NCBI GenBank assembly: GCA_964106645.2
Contig: OZ067049.1
Direction: 5' to 3' (one strand)
DNA from: Podarcis pityusensis
Taxonomy: Eukaryota
Length of the DNA: 64,000 nucleotides
The translations under genes were made by a program, and so were the position numbers. Position 1 is the first letter of the stretch; each line of letters begins with the position of its first letter. Under the pieces are notes generated by a model. The model was not told the DNA's origin and ran no database searches. It worked only from the letters and a program-made list of their open reading frames with translations. Below are positions 23,760 to 42,000 of this stretch, piece by piece.

Positions 23760-25368
23760 TTATTGGAAATATCAGAGTACCTGTTCATTTTTAACCAAAT
23801 TAGTACTGTACCATATACATACATACAGATATATATATATTAAAACAAATTTAGACTAAAAGCCTTCATCCAGCAACTTGCTGATTTCTTAAGAAAGAAC
23901 AACTTAATCAAATAGATTCCCGCATATCTTATGGCTTCTTGTGTGATTTCCTGTGCTTTTTTTATATTTTAAGGGTGGAAACACAAACCCATCACACCAA
24001 ATAATAAAATTTAATGAAATAGTTAATGCGCCCTCGCGTTCCTGGCGTCGCCTCCTGCTCTCCTGAATCCTTTCCCACTGCACCGTTGGAACAATAAATC
24101 ACATTCTGTAAAAAGTAAGAAATGAAACGAAATACTACTTGGAACCAAGACAAAGCCCGTAAAACGCTTTCGAGATGGCCAATTGCTTCCGGGTTAACCG
24201 CGGTTTGAGCTTGCTCCCTGCGACCCCGCAGCCTTCAGGCGTCACTAGGGGGGAAAGCTGGTGTCTGCTTCGTCAGCAAGGAGCTAAGAAGAGGCGTCAC
24301 CAAGGGCCGAGCTAGCCAGGGAAACGGAACCACCGCGTCGAGAGTGCGAGAAACACAATATTCTCTTTATAATATTTATAAATATATCATACAATACTGC
24401 TTCCTGTTTTGTCAAATAAGAACGTGGCAATGTTGCACAAATGCAAAATGCCACCTGATTCTTATCCTCCAAAAAATGTGGTTCCCACCCCCCTCGTTTG
24501 TTTTTCCTTCTTTAAACAAGCCAGTAAAATAAACGGCAATACCCGCCTTCAGGCATACAGGTTGTAAAAAGTGAAATAGTATATTTTTTTCTTGTTCTGT
24601 GGTTTTTCTTTTCTCACCCCCCTCCTTCCCCCAGTTCTTAAATCCTTTCTGTGCTGCAGTATGCAAGTTATGAGTGAAACACATTTTTTTTTAAAAAGAG
24701 AAAATCAAAGAAAATAAAACTGGCTAATAAAGCAGAAAATTGTTGTTCACAGTGACATGGCTACATTGATGCATAGTTCTTCTATGCGTTTTTTTCTCCA
24801 ATCGGGTTTTGTTGAAGAATATTAAGATGTGGGGTGGCGGGGAAATCCACTTGCTTTCTGCAGTTTTACAAAACAGTGAAATAACGATTAACAACGGAGA
24901 TCTTAAACGTAGAAGTTAGTCTGGGTTAGCAAAAAACTAGATCCCATTACTGATATGCATCCATTTTCCAGAGAATCCCGTCCAAACCACGAAGGATGTG
25001 GCAAAAACCAAAAAGCATTCCTTTTCCTCTATAGTTTATCCGGGTTTATAGCGTTGCTAGTCCTTTAGAAACACCTCCTTCTCCTCTTTCTAAATCCACG
25101 GTCCAGAGGAGACGCTCAAAGCTCAAATCCCCCTGTTTTCACAACAGCCGAGGTTCGTTTTAATATCCAAAAGTTCCCATATCTAAGGTTCGTGTGGGAG
25201 GTTTCGCTGATCGTCCCTCTCACTTTTTAAAGCAATTCGGAGGACAGTCACACGAGGGGATAGCATCTATAAAGCTGAGTGGCACGGAGAGAAGGAGACG
25301 GGACAGGACAGAGCAGGTCTAAAAGAGACAACGGTGGAGATTTTGGAGTCCCAGAGGCGCTCGGCGCA
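23760..25368 (-). other. BMI1: BMI1 3'UTR (3' end uncertain) with miRNA seed matches
   Basis: Follows the stop codon. Minus-strand CACTGTGAA at 24746-24754 (overlapping miR-128 and miR-27 8mers), CAGTATT at 24393-24399 (miR-200b/c/429) and AAGCACA at 23952-23958 (miR-218). miR-128, miR-200c and miR-218 are established BMI1 regulators in mammals. Confidence 0.65.
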
Positions 25369-30700
<5,332 letters not shown>

Positions 30701-32999
30701 CCTGAGCAAGCAAGCAGCTCTTTCTCTGGGGAGAGGGAAGCAAACGCTGTACCAGGGGGAAATGTTTCTCTTACACACACACACAAATTCCCCAAAGGGA
30801 AGAAGGCCCGGGGCAGAGGGGCTAGCCTTGGCCTTAAACTCGAGGGTGGCAGCGAGGCTGGGCGCTCCCATGCATTGTGTGCGGATTTTCCAAGATCTCT
30901 CCAACAAAGGAGCAGCCTGGAGTTTTTGGATCTCGCCAGTCTCGGCTCTTGGCTTCTTGCCCGCGATTTCCCTCCATGCCCTCAGCCAGGAGGAAGACTC
31001 CTTCTTGAGGTGACCTAAACCTGTCTCTCCTGCCCTCCTTTTATTCGTGAAAGAAATCCTAAATATCTCACAACTGGCGCAAGTAGGTGGCTGTTTTAAT
31101 CGGTCGCCTTACAATTCTTCTCCAGCGCTGAGACCCACCGAAGCAACCTAATCTTTTGGAAGAGACGAACATGTTTTATTTCACAAAGGACTTCCTAACT
31201 GAAAGAAAACTCCCAACAGCCGTGAAGCTTTCCTGGTCGAAGCTCTTTCCCTTAACCGCATATTATTTATGACCCAAGTTAGCCTTCTTCCCCAGGGCAT
31301 GGTCGAAGCTATCTCTGAAATCCCGGGTCTGAAAACCAGCAAACTGAACCGAAGAACAACAGTGAAAGACGCCAGCCAACACACACGTGTGCACACGCAC
31401 CCCCCCCTTTCTGTTCACACACAGTTTGCACTGCGCGCGTAAACATAAAGAGCATTTCACTCCCAAACGCGCCAACTCCTCCTCCAGGAGGGGAGCTTCA
31501 ACTTCTCATTCCCCGCCCCCTCCTTATGTTAAGATCGGCGTGCATACAGTCAAGAAACGCTGACCTTTAACACGAGCGAATATATTTTATTCCAGGCGCT
31601 CTCTCGCTCGCCAGGCAAGTCTTCAACCGTGCAAACAAGGGGAGGGCGAAGCTTGCTATGACAGCCAGCTTGGAGGCCATGCGCGGGTTACTTCAAAATA
31701 CAGGGGCAAGCCCTAGTTATGAAGGCTCACGGTACCCCGTGAATGAGCACAAAGTATCTGCGCCGGCAGCTGAAAAGGGAGCGGAGTCGACCCAAAGACG
31801 AGGTAAGCCTCGATGAAGCAGAGATGCACCCTTTGCACCAACAGCCACACAGGCAGATAGCCCTTCCTTCACCTGCCATGTATTTGAGACCTTAGAATTC
31901 TTGCAACAGACCTAAATCCTGATGGCGATCAATCAATCGATTGAAAACCGATTCTGGAACGCATGTATGCCCACATGCGTTGCCAATAAGATCCGTGCTC
32001 TCTCTTCCCAATATCTGGCTGAAATCCATCTTTAAGTGCGGGAGGGAAGCGGCTTCCAGGGAAGAAATTAATGTGCTCAGTGGCAGAAATCTTCCTCCTT
32101 TAGAGCCAAGCTCCTAAAAGTAGCAAATGGGACTCTCCAGCTGGTCTCCTGCTACCACAAAATCTGGTTCCTTCCCAGCCAGCGCGGTGTCCAAACTTAT
32201 TAAAGGTTAAGAGGCTACACACAGAATCCGCCAACTTCCAGCAAAAGTCTTCCCTTACACATACGGACGCATCCCATTCTCCTCCCGCCCCATATTATAT
32301 TTTCAGAGTGTGTTCCTCCTCCTTGGAGGGTCATTTCCAAACAAACTCTCCCCCAATACTTAGCTGCGTCTTGTGCTCCTGAGTTCTGGAGGCAAGAAAA
32401 ATGTTAGAGGTTCAACGAACGCCATGGAGGTGTTCTGACCACATGTCTGTCTCTCCCAGGTTTGGGGGCAAAGGGGGATTTTACCCGTAGGATTTGATGG
32501 CCCCGACTTATTTCCTGAACTCTTTTTGCCAGGACTCTCCTGTCAAGCTAGGTTAGGCCAAGCTAGGTTAGGTGGACGTGTGCTCGGTTTCTCGCGCCAG
32601 GAGCAAAACCATCACACCTCGCATACTAGCAAGTCGTTGCTACTAAACTTGCCTTGACCCAGCTTGGAAGGACTGCGGGACAAGGGGCTAGAAAACCAGT
32701 TAGAGAATAAGAAAGCCGCGCTGGAAGATCCTGCAAAGTCCCAGCACCTCAGCTTCCCCAAATCTCTTCCGTCTGCACAGGGCAAACTCGCATTAACGCA
32801 GAAACCCCTGTGCCCCCGAAGTTAATTTCCCAGCTTTGCCCTCCCGTCCCCAAAGCGCAGAAACTTTAACATTTTACGCACACACGAGAAAAAGCGCCCA
32901 GCTGCAAGCTGAGCGAGAACCGCCATCTTACGAGCCATCCAGTCCCACACCGGGGTCCGCCAAACTTAAGTTAATAAAATTCCTGGGAGAGCCCTCCTG

Positions 33000-34650
33000 A
33001 GCGCGACCAGCCCCCCAGCGGGATCGCCCCCTCGGGGGGGACCCATCCCTATAAGATGGGGGCTCTGCGGGGCTCCTGAAACCCCCTGCGAGGCGCTTCT
33101 TGGCCGGGCAGCCGCCGTCCCCTGACCCAGGCAGCGCCAGGTTTCATGCACCGCCCGCGTTCAATCGAAATCTGCATTTAAACAAAGGAGCCCCAGAGAG
33201 ATCGGCGAGCAGGGGCTGAAAATAGAAATATCCTCCTGCGGGGCCATGTGCCCAGGAAGGGGCTAGCGGCGAGCCGAGGGAGAAAAGGAGCCGAAATCCG
33301 CCGGAGGGGGGGCGTCGCCCCAGCCAGTGCACGGGCCGCCGCCGCCGCCGCCGCCGCCGCCGCGCCTCCCGGGGTCCCTGCGCGGAGGGCGAAGGCGCGC
33401 GGGCGCGGAGGCAGCGCGGAGATGGAGCAGCCTGTCAGCGCTTTCCCCACCCCGAGAGCCCGGGGACACCTAGCAAGGCTGGCGCCCCTTCGCAGCCCCC
33501 CGAAACCGCCTCCCAGGCCCCGCCGCCTCCCGGCCCCCGGAGGGCAGCCGCGCCCGGGGATACGTACCCGCGAGAAGGAGCCGGCGGGCGACGATCCGAA
33601 CCGCCCCGAAAGACAATGAAAGTTAAAAGTCGCTCAGCAGAAAATGAATGTGAGCCAAGCGGCCATCTTGAAATGAACTGCAGACGCTGTCAATTGCAAT
33701 GAGCGCAGGGCTGCCGCCGCCGCCGCCGCCGCCGCCGCGCTCAGCTCAGCTCCTGCTCCTGCTCGCTCCCCCGCAGCCGGGCTCCTCTCCGCCACCGAGC
33801 CCCCTCCCTCGCCCTCGGATCCCTGCGCCGCCCCAGGAGTTGGCTCTGCCTCCCCCCCCCCCCGCAGCCCTCGCTCTCCCTCGCCTCCTCTCTCTGCCTC
33901 TCCCCACCTCCTTCAGAATGCGCAGCTCCAGTGCTGGGATCTCAAAATCTTTCTAATCCGGATGGTTTGCTTCTCCTCCTCCGCCAGCCCATTGTCTCTT
34001 GCGCTCTTTCTTTTCCTCCTCGGCTCCCCCCCCCCACCCCTTCACCCACTCGCCTCGCAATCTCTTTCCCCCTCTGCTGTGCTTTTTCTTTCTTTTTTTT
34101 CGGCCCCTCGGAGAGGGAGGCTCTTCCTCCCTCCCTCCTTCCCACTCCTCCTCCTCTTTTTTTTCCCCCTTTACGAGGAAAAAAATTAATTGTGATTATT
34201 TCACAGTTGTGGAGGGAGCCAGGGGAGAGGAGGGAGAGTGGCGGGCGAGGAGGGGGCTGCTGGCTGCTGCTGCTGCTGCTGCTGCTGGTGGCGGAAAATG
34301 CAACGCTGAAAGGCACACAGTGGAAACTGACACCGTCCCCAAAATGGCTCAGAGTTCGCCCGCCCCGCCAGGATCACGTGGGGCTCCTCATTCCTTAAGG
34401 GTGGCCTGGGAATTAGTGTCGGTGTAGTCGGAGCCCGTCAGCCTCCCTGTGACCCAATCCCGCGGCTCGGCCGCCTCCCCCTCCCCGCGCGCCACCCTCC
34501 CCTCCCCTCCCCCTCCCCGCACTCCGCCTGGTCCTCCGCCTCCCTCTGCTCCACACACACTTCGCCGAGTCCTCCTTTTCTCCACCGCGCTCACGCTGCT
34601 GCTGCTGCTGCTGCTGAGCCGCCGCTGCCGCCTGTTCCACCTCCCCCCCT
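33000..34650. promoter_or_regulatory. BMI1 promoter CpG island with E-box (CACGTG 34375-34380), GC boxes and GCC/CTG tracts
   Basis: Very high GC and CpG around exon 1. The E-box lies ~165 nt upstream of the inferred TSS; BMI1 is a known MYC target in mammals. Confidence 0.8.
33568..34212 (-). other. BMI1: BMI1 exon 1 (non-coding 5'UTR); TSS approximate
   Basis: Minus strand reads ...ttcaagatggccgcttggctcacattcattttctgctgagcgacttttaactttcattgtc..., matching the mammalian BMI1 5'UTR as I recall it. Donor CGG|gtacgt at 33567. The 5' end acaactgtgaaataatc resembles the recalled human transcript start. Confidence 0.8.
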
Positions 34651-37600
34651 TCTCTCTCTCTCTCTCACACAAAATGTATTATTCAATTTCTTCCCCCCGA
34701 ACACACCCACTCCACGCTGGTAGAGTCGCTTTGCCCGTTCCTTCTCGTTTCCCCACATTTTGTACACCCTGTCTCTTCACACGCGCAATCTCGCTCTCTT
34801 TTCTTCTGGCTTAACTGCAACACACACGAACCTCTTTTTCTCTGCTTCCCCTCCCCCCGCTATCGTCTCTTTCTTTTCTATATTTGCTCCTTCTCTGACC
34901 GACATCTATCTACTCCTTAAATAGAGATTTGTGTGTGTGTGTCTCCCACCCCGCCCCCCGCCCCAGGGCACAATAAACTGAAGCTTGCCACCTTTTGGCT
35001 TAGTCCATTCCCCTCATCTAAACCTGTCTACTCCGCTCTTTGCGCCTGCTGCCGCCTCTCCCTCCTCACACGACGGTGGCCCCAACTCCGTAGCCCACCA
35101 TTTTAATATCTGGAGGTGGCGCCCAAAGCAAGGTCCCCTTGTCCTCGAAGCGTCTCGTCTGGTGGCTTCCCTCCCGCGCGCACGAGACGCGGCGATCCTC
35201 CTCCGTCGTTGCCCCACAGCCTTCTTTGGGTGCCCGCGCCCAAAATTGCCCCCTGCCGCTCCCAAGCTGCTGTGGGCAAGACCTTTGGCGACGCGACAGG
35301 AGACTTGCGCAGCAAAGGCGTTTCAGGTATCGTGGGTGTCGGAAGTGCAACGTGCGGCCAAGGCGAACGAACCCGCAGCTGCGTCTCTGCGCTTCCACCT
35401 CCGCCCCTCGTTTCCTTATATTTTCCCGCCTTGGCATCCGATCCACGCGTCGTCTGTAGTCGAGCTGCTTCTCCTCGGCGCGTCCCAACACTCTTCCCGC
35501 CCTGCACATCCCCACCCTCCCCACGCGACCCCCGTTTCCTCCGCCTGGTATTTCCTATCCAGCGCCCCCAGTCTTTGCCTCCTTTCGCCTTCCACTTTTA
35601 CCATTCTCGTCTCACGATTTATATACACCGCAGAAATGTTTGAAAACTGACCCCCTCCCCCTTCTCCACGCCTGTCTCTCTCTCTTCCTTTCCTTCTAAG
35701 GACCCGATCCCGATTGCCTTCCTTTATTTCGGTTCCCTCTCACGCGGCTTGGACTTCGCCATCCCCGCGCCTCTTTTGCCCACCCAAAGTGCACTCGCTG
35801 ACTATCGCAGACTCCTCAACCCTCGTCCTGGGCTTTTCTCCCTCCACAACCCCAACTGAGATTCCTCAGATACACGAGGTTTCCCTCTCGCCCCTTCACC
35901 TCTTATTTTCTTTAACGTGTGTAAGCACAAGAGCGCTCCTGACCCCCCAGCCCCGCGAAACCACCCATTTCCCCTTGATGGGCGAACTGTCTTCCTGGCC
36001 TTGAACACGCCGTCTCGTTTCCCGCCTTTCTTCGTCGTATCAATTCCCTTCTCCACACCAGCTCTGCCACCTCACGTTTCGTCACGGGCGATAAATATGA
36101 TCGCATTGAGGCAACAAATGTCTTCCGCGAACACCCCCCGCACCCCTTCCCTACCACAATTTTGCCTCCCTTCCCCCACCCTGTCGCTGCCTCGCAGGCA
36201 TTCCTCGTCGCACTTTCCCCGCTTCCCTCGCTGTCTCGCGCGCAGCTCGCACGATTTCCTTCCACAGATCGCAGCGGCAGAATCCCACCTAATGGCGCGC
36301 CCCGGGGGCAGGCAGCCCGGCGCTGCGGGTGGGTGCGTGGCTGAGTGGGGGGAGGAGAAGAGGCTCCCCAGGGAACCGACTCGAAAATAGGCACCCCTCG
36401 CCTCAGCCACGGCTTCTGGCGAAGGAACATTTGCGCTATTCGCAACAGTGAACGTCGCTTGAGAACAAAACGCAGCGCAAGGCGCTCCTTGCCCCGAAGG
36501 TAGTCGGTCGGTCGGTCGGTCGCGGCGTGTGTGGATCCTTCCATTCCACAGGCGATCCTTTAAGGCTGGACGCTGTTGGACGCCGTCCCTTTCTCGGCAA
36601 ATGTTCAGAAGAAACGCAGCCATCGAAAAGGAGCTGGGAAGAGAACGCCCGCCCCCCACTTCGCCCCCCACTTCCCAAAGAGAGAAGGACGGGGGTCGTG
36701 CGGAGACTGGCACACCCGGGAGACGTCGGAGGGGACACTCCCAACCCGGGTTCGTGGCTTGCGCTGCTTGCCACGCCGGGCGGGGAAAGAGCCACGCTCT
36801 GGTCTCCCTCGGCCATTGATTGGGAACACAAACGTCCAACACACACACACACACACACACGGGGTAGACAAACCTGGGGCAGCGCCCTCCTCGCCACAAT
36901 TTGACCCGTTCGTGTGTGTTATTTCTGATGCCATGTTGCCAACCTTGTCTCCCTCTCTACAGGACGCAGGGAAATGGAAGGTTAGAGAGCATATCGGATT
37001 CTCCTCCACGCCGTGATTATAATGGGAAGCGAATAGTAACCCGCCTAGAGGCATTCATTTATTCCTTTTTTAAATAAATAAATTATAATCAAAAATAGCT
37101 CTCAGATTCCACCAGGGATGGAGAGACTGACCCTGGCGTAACCGCAGCACCGAGGAACTTGACCCACCCGCGGATTCTCTTCCCAGTGCCAAACCCAGAG
37201 CTTGGAAGTTTAGGATCGGGAAAAGGGGGGCGCCGGCTTCACTCAGTCGCGGATCGGGGGCCTCCCACTGCAAGCTCGCTTCCTCCCCACCCCGCGCTAA
37301 TAATAATAATAATAGTAATAATAATAATAATATCTCAACGATAAATGGTGTGAACCAAAAGGGATGGGAGGATGCTTGTTTGGTTTACCAATCTCTCTTC
37401 TCTCCAAGCCGGCTGAAGGCAGATCAAAGGACCCGCTTCAGCGTGCGACCCTCCCCCGAATAAGAAATATGGAAGAGTCTAAGCCGGGAGGCGATAGCAG
37501 CGTCTTCGGCACTTCGCTTCTCTGCCTTTCATCCGTTCCTTTGCCACCAGGAACGCGGGCATGGTTCTACTTATGGGGAGGGATCTCTTCAGGTGGACTC

Positions 37601-38619
37601 ACCACGTCTAGCTCCAGAAGACTTCGGGGGTGGGGGAGAGAATTCACCATGGGATACTTAACCCATTAGGGAGCACAAGTGTCACTTTTATAGCAGCAAA
37701 ATTTGGACTAAATTGGTGGGTTTCTCTCCCTCCCTGCCACTTCCCAACGTACCTTTCATGACGTGCGAAATGGGTGTTTTGCATTTTGAGATTTCCAGTG
37801 CAGGGTGGGCGCTTCATTATCCTAAACTGAACACTCCAGGTTCTTATGGGCTTGGTACAGAAAACGCTGGTCTATTTCTTTGTCACTCCCCAACAAAGAG
37901 TAGCAAACGGGTGTTTTCCCTCTCAGGTGGGCAGTTTCCTCTTGCCCTTTCCACGATGGTATAAAGAGCCCAAGGAAGATGAAAGGAAAAACGGGAATTC
38001 GGATCATGGATCTCGCTGTAAACCAGAGCTGTCTCGCAACCCATTTCCCAGCCGGGGGTGTATAATTACCAACTGGGAAAGCAGCTTCTGCCCACGTTGT
38101 AAGATGGGGGTGAGGGTGGAGTTGTTTTTTGTTTGTTTTAAGTTGCGGAGACAATGCTGGTCACATTCCATCTATAGCCATTCAACTGCATTGAAGTGAA
38201 AAGAAACCCACTGGTGCAATTAAGGGCACTCCAGCTATTGTCTATCTACATAAACTACTGAATATTTAAGCAAGTAAATCCGGGTCAAAACAGATGAAGG
38301 CATGACAGTTTCGTTTCGCGTGTGAATTGCCAATTTATTTATTTATTTTTCAAAAAGCTGCAACCTGACTTCACCAAAATGAGACTCAAGACGACTGACT
38401 ACTTAATTACAACACAATGAAGGCCTCCTTAGGTTCAGAGCCTCACAGCCCTTCAAAGTGATCTTTGCTGGTGAGAAGGTTACTCTTGGAATGTTGACTC
38501 CATAGTGGGGACCCTCAGGAGAACCCAACCATCCCTCCAGTCCCCCAATCAACACACATTATTATTGATAGATGTGGCACACAAAATAGATCAACTCTCT
38601 ATTGCTTTTGCTCTCTGTT

Positions 38620-38625
38620 TTTATT
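38620..38625 (-). terminator. Likely COMMD3 polyadenylation signal (AATAAA)
   Basis: Plus-strand tttatt ~360 nt after the stop; further AATAAA copies near 38334-38347. Confidence 0.55.
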
Positions 38626-38984
38626 AGAGGTTAGAAATGGGAAATAAAGCCTTGTTTTTAAAGACAAGACAAGACTGAGCAGGGAGCAGATATTTAACAA
38701 GGCGACAGGGAAAAAAGAAGAAGACAATTATCTGGTTATCTAACAAATAAACATTTTCCCATTAGACATGACACTAAAAATGCTACAGTCTTGACTGTAC
38801 AAACATACAAAACATGAAACATTGGCTAGAAAGTAGGCATTCCATTTCAGTACAGCCAATGCTTTATCAAAATCCCATCAAATGAAGTCAGAACAAGGAG
38901 TAATCATATTAATGTTCAAAGATGAAACTGTTAGGAAACAATTTCTTTTTCTTCTTGGATCCAATAGTCTGCCAAGGTTTGCAG

Positions 38985-39044
38985 TTACAGCTGAGTTGTT
39001 CTCTCTAGGCTTTTAGCTGCATCTTTTAGTTTCCCAACTAAATC
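38985..39044 (-). CDS. COMMD3: COMMD3 exon 8, coding part
   Basis: DLVGKLKDAAKSLERTTQL*. Confidence 0.96.
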   Translation of the reverse strand, partial: DLVGKLKDAAKSLERTTQL

Positions 39045-42000
39045 CTAAAACATGAAGTAAGAACTTTAGAAAAGAAGTAATTTGTTGTACATAGTGGGGT
39101 TACTTGAACATGTTAGTTCTGTGAATGTTGTCTTCAAAGGTGATCAAGTCAGCTATTTTATATCTTTAAGAAACATTCAGCCTTTCTGTCATATTTTAGT
39201 TAAGAGTAGATACTGAACATTCTTAACAGAAATGTTGTGCTAATAACAGAATTTTTTTAATGAAAGTGCTTGGATTAATATAGAGCAGAATATAAATGAC
39301 CGTAATAAATTAAATAAAAAGTATCAAAAGACAGAGACAACTTCGCTATCTTTCTTGCTGTTTAATATAACAATTAAATTAATTCATCAACTTTTCAAGT
39401 TGCATTCCTAAATATATTTACTTATTTGCAATGGATTAAAATTTCAATTTAATATGGAATGTAAAACTAATTTTTATTTTAAAATAATTCCCAGGATTAA
39501 CCTGTAACCCTTTTCTTTTGCTCAATTTCTCAATCTTTACCTAATTTTACACTTTTTAATGCTTGGGTTAGGTTTTGTTTAGTACTTGCTGTAGTCAATG
39601 TGAACTTCTTTGTATAAAGAGCTCAGTTTACCGTCCTTGAACAATTTACACAAACCCAATTTAGCCAAAGCCAATGCAAGTTGCACTCTTTATATTAATG
39701 CACTGTATATAGTTGCAGAAAGTGAATTTCCTCTCAGGTATTACATTTGAAACAGTTCCCTCCAACCCCCTTAAAATGTGATTCCAAGATCATAGCTACT
39801 ATGTGGGTTAATCTGAAATCTCAATTTGGTGAGGTACATAATCAAACCATTATAAAGTAACAAGTTTAATAAACACACTTTTTGCAAGCTTTAGTTTGGG
39901 TGGATTCCTGATAGAAAATTTCATTCTGACACCTGAAATGGTCACACCCGCACAAACATATGAAGAAATACCTGTAATTGCTCCATAGAACAACTAAAAT
40001 TAATGTCCGGTTGAGATCTTGAGTCACTGTTCTAAAGGAACAAAAATCCCAAATGTTATAAGTTTAACATCTGGCAAAACCTGAAGTAATATTTAATTCA
40101 GTGATGGTGAGGAAAAGCATAAGAATGGGTGCAGTACCTCAACATTTAAGGTCATCAGATAAGCAGGGTGATAATTTTTATGAAGTTGATTAGTCTAAAG
40201 TAATAAGGGAAGAGAAAAAAAATGTATCAGAATTTAGCAGCTAAAGAAACCAGAATAAAGCAGTACCCTTATTAAATTACCTTGATCTGATATTCCAAAC
40301 GCCAACAAACATCAGTTATATGCAGCGGACATCTGCCTATACTGAAGAACACAATCATCATTTTCTTATTAGGTTATATTATGCTAAATGAAAAAGCTGT
40401 TGCACACATTTCAGGCATAAAAAGGTGACTGTTCCATAGATCAATAGTGTATTTCAAAAGTGGGTTAAGGGTGCAAATTATCTCAACTTGATAACTTGTG
40501 CCTATGTTTTCGCCACTGTATCCATTTCAGCAGCCTCTTATATTAACTTTAAAGGTGCATTTGAAATTAATAGCAAAACTCTAGCCATATAGTTCTGATG
40601 TATTCAATGGGGCTTACTCCCTAGTAAGTTTGTTTCAGTTTGTAACCTTAAAGTAATAAAACAACTTCCTTTGACATACCTTCCCAATAGGATTTCCAAG
40701 GTATCTTTATTTTTCTGCAAAGAAGAGAAAAAAGTTTGCCATCTTCTACAGAACAAATAAAATATGAATATGGGAATAAAAAAATAATAAAATAGGCTTG
40801 AAAACCTGGTATTCGGTGCAAAATTGTTCAATTCTTTCTTTGTCAAACTTACAGTCTTCTAAATAAGTACTAAAAGGGAAACCAAAAGGATGTGTTAGCC
40901 TAAATGCCAGTACAACTCAAGCAGGAAGATTTACAGCAATGGCTGGTGTTAAAAAACAAACTAAAACACCTCAAACCCTGTGAAGGGCTTTAAAATGGGA
41001 GTACCTTATGGCAGATTTGTCAGCTTTTTGCTTTCCAGCTTCTACTATACAAGTTGCAGCTGCTGCATGACAATATTTTAATACTGCTGGATCAATATGT
41101 TCCAAGTCTGGATGATCTAAAAATAAATGAAATTTCAAAGATGGTATAACTTCAGGGGAATGTTCCTTCAAACAGAGAGAGACTAAAAACTTTCCATGCA
41201 GCCACACTTAGCATAGCCCAGTTTTAACAGTTGGGAAAGTATAATACATTTCATATTGGCAATACTTAAAGCACAGCTATAAAGATATTGACTCATTCAT
41301 AAGGTTTCCCTCATTCATAAGGAGCCACTACAAATGGAGAGGCAATCTCAGCTCTCCTTTAAAATGCCTTTTCCCAAGACCCAAACCTGGCCTAAATTGT
41401 TTCCAGCATAAGTTTCTCTGGAATTATCCCATCAGGCTCAGAATTTGGCACGTTATCCAGAAGAAACAAACGGATTTAGTGCATTTTCTAAACACAGTGT
41501 CCTGGTTTTCCTCCTTCCCCGCGTTTTTTGTTTTTGTTTCAATATGCAATCCATTACTGGAATTTCTTGGCAAGCATCGAGTTATAAAACAAATGTAAAT
41601 GGCAGAATGTATTTCTACAAATAAAAAATCGCCATGCTTTTGGATGTTGCATTCATACAATGAGGGGGAGCACCTGCCCCCCTATAAATTGCCCGTGGAA
41701 GAGATGGAGAAAACATTTCATAGGGTTGAGTTCTAAATCAAGGTCAGTTTAAAACAAAACAAAACATACACACAACCAAACCAGATGCCTTTCTAACTAT
41801 CCTCCTCCGAATACCGCGCGTCCCTTCAGAAGTACCGTAACTACAAACCCTTCTGGCCACAACATTTCTAACTTTTCCTTCTCCTTCTCCTCCTCCTCCT
41901 CCTCGCCGAGCCCCGTCTGAGTAAACAGAGCTGCTATTCGGCAATTGCAGTTCAAGCTAGTTCCTACCGGAGGCCGCGCGTTTTGAAGGCGAGCGACTAC

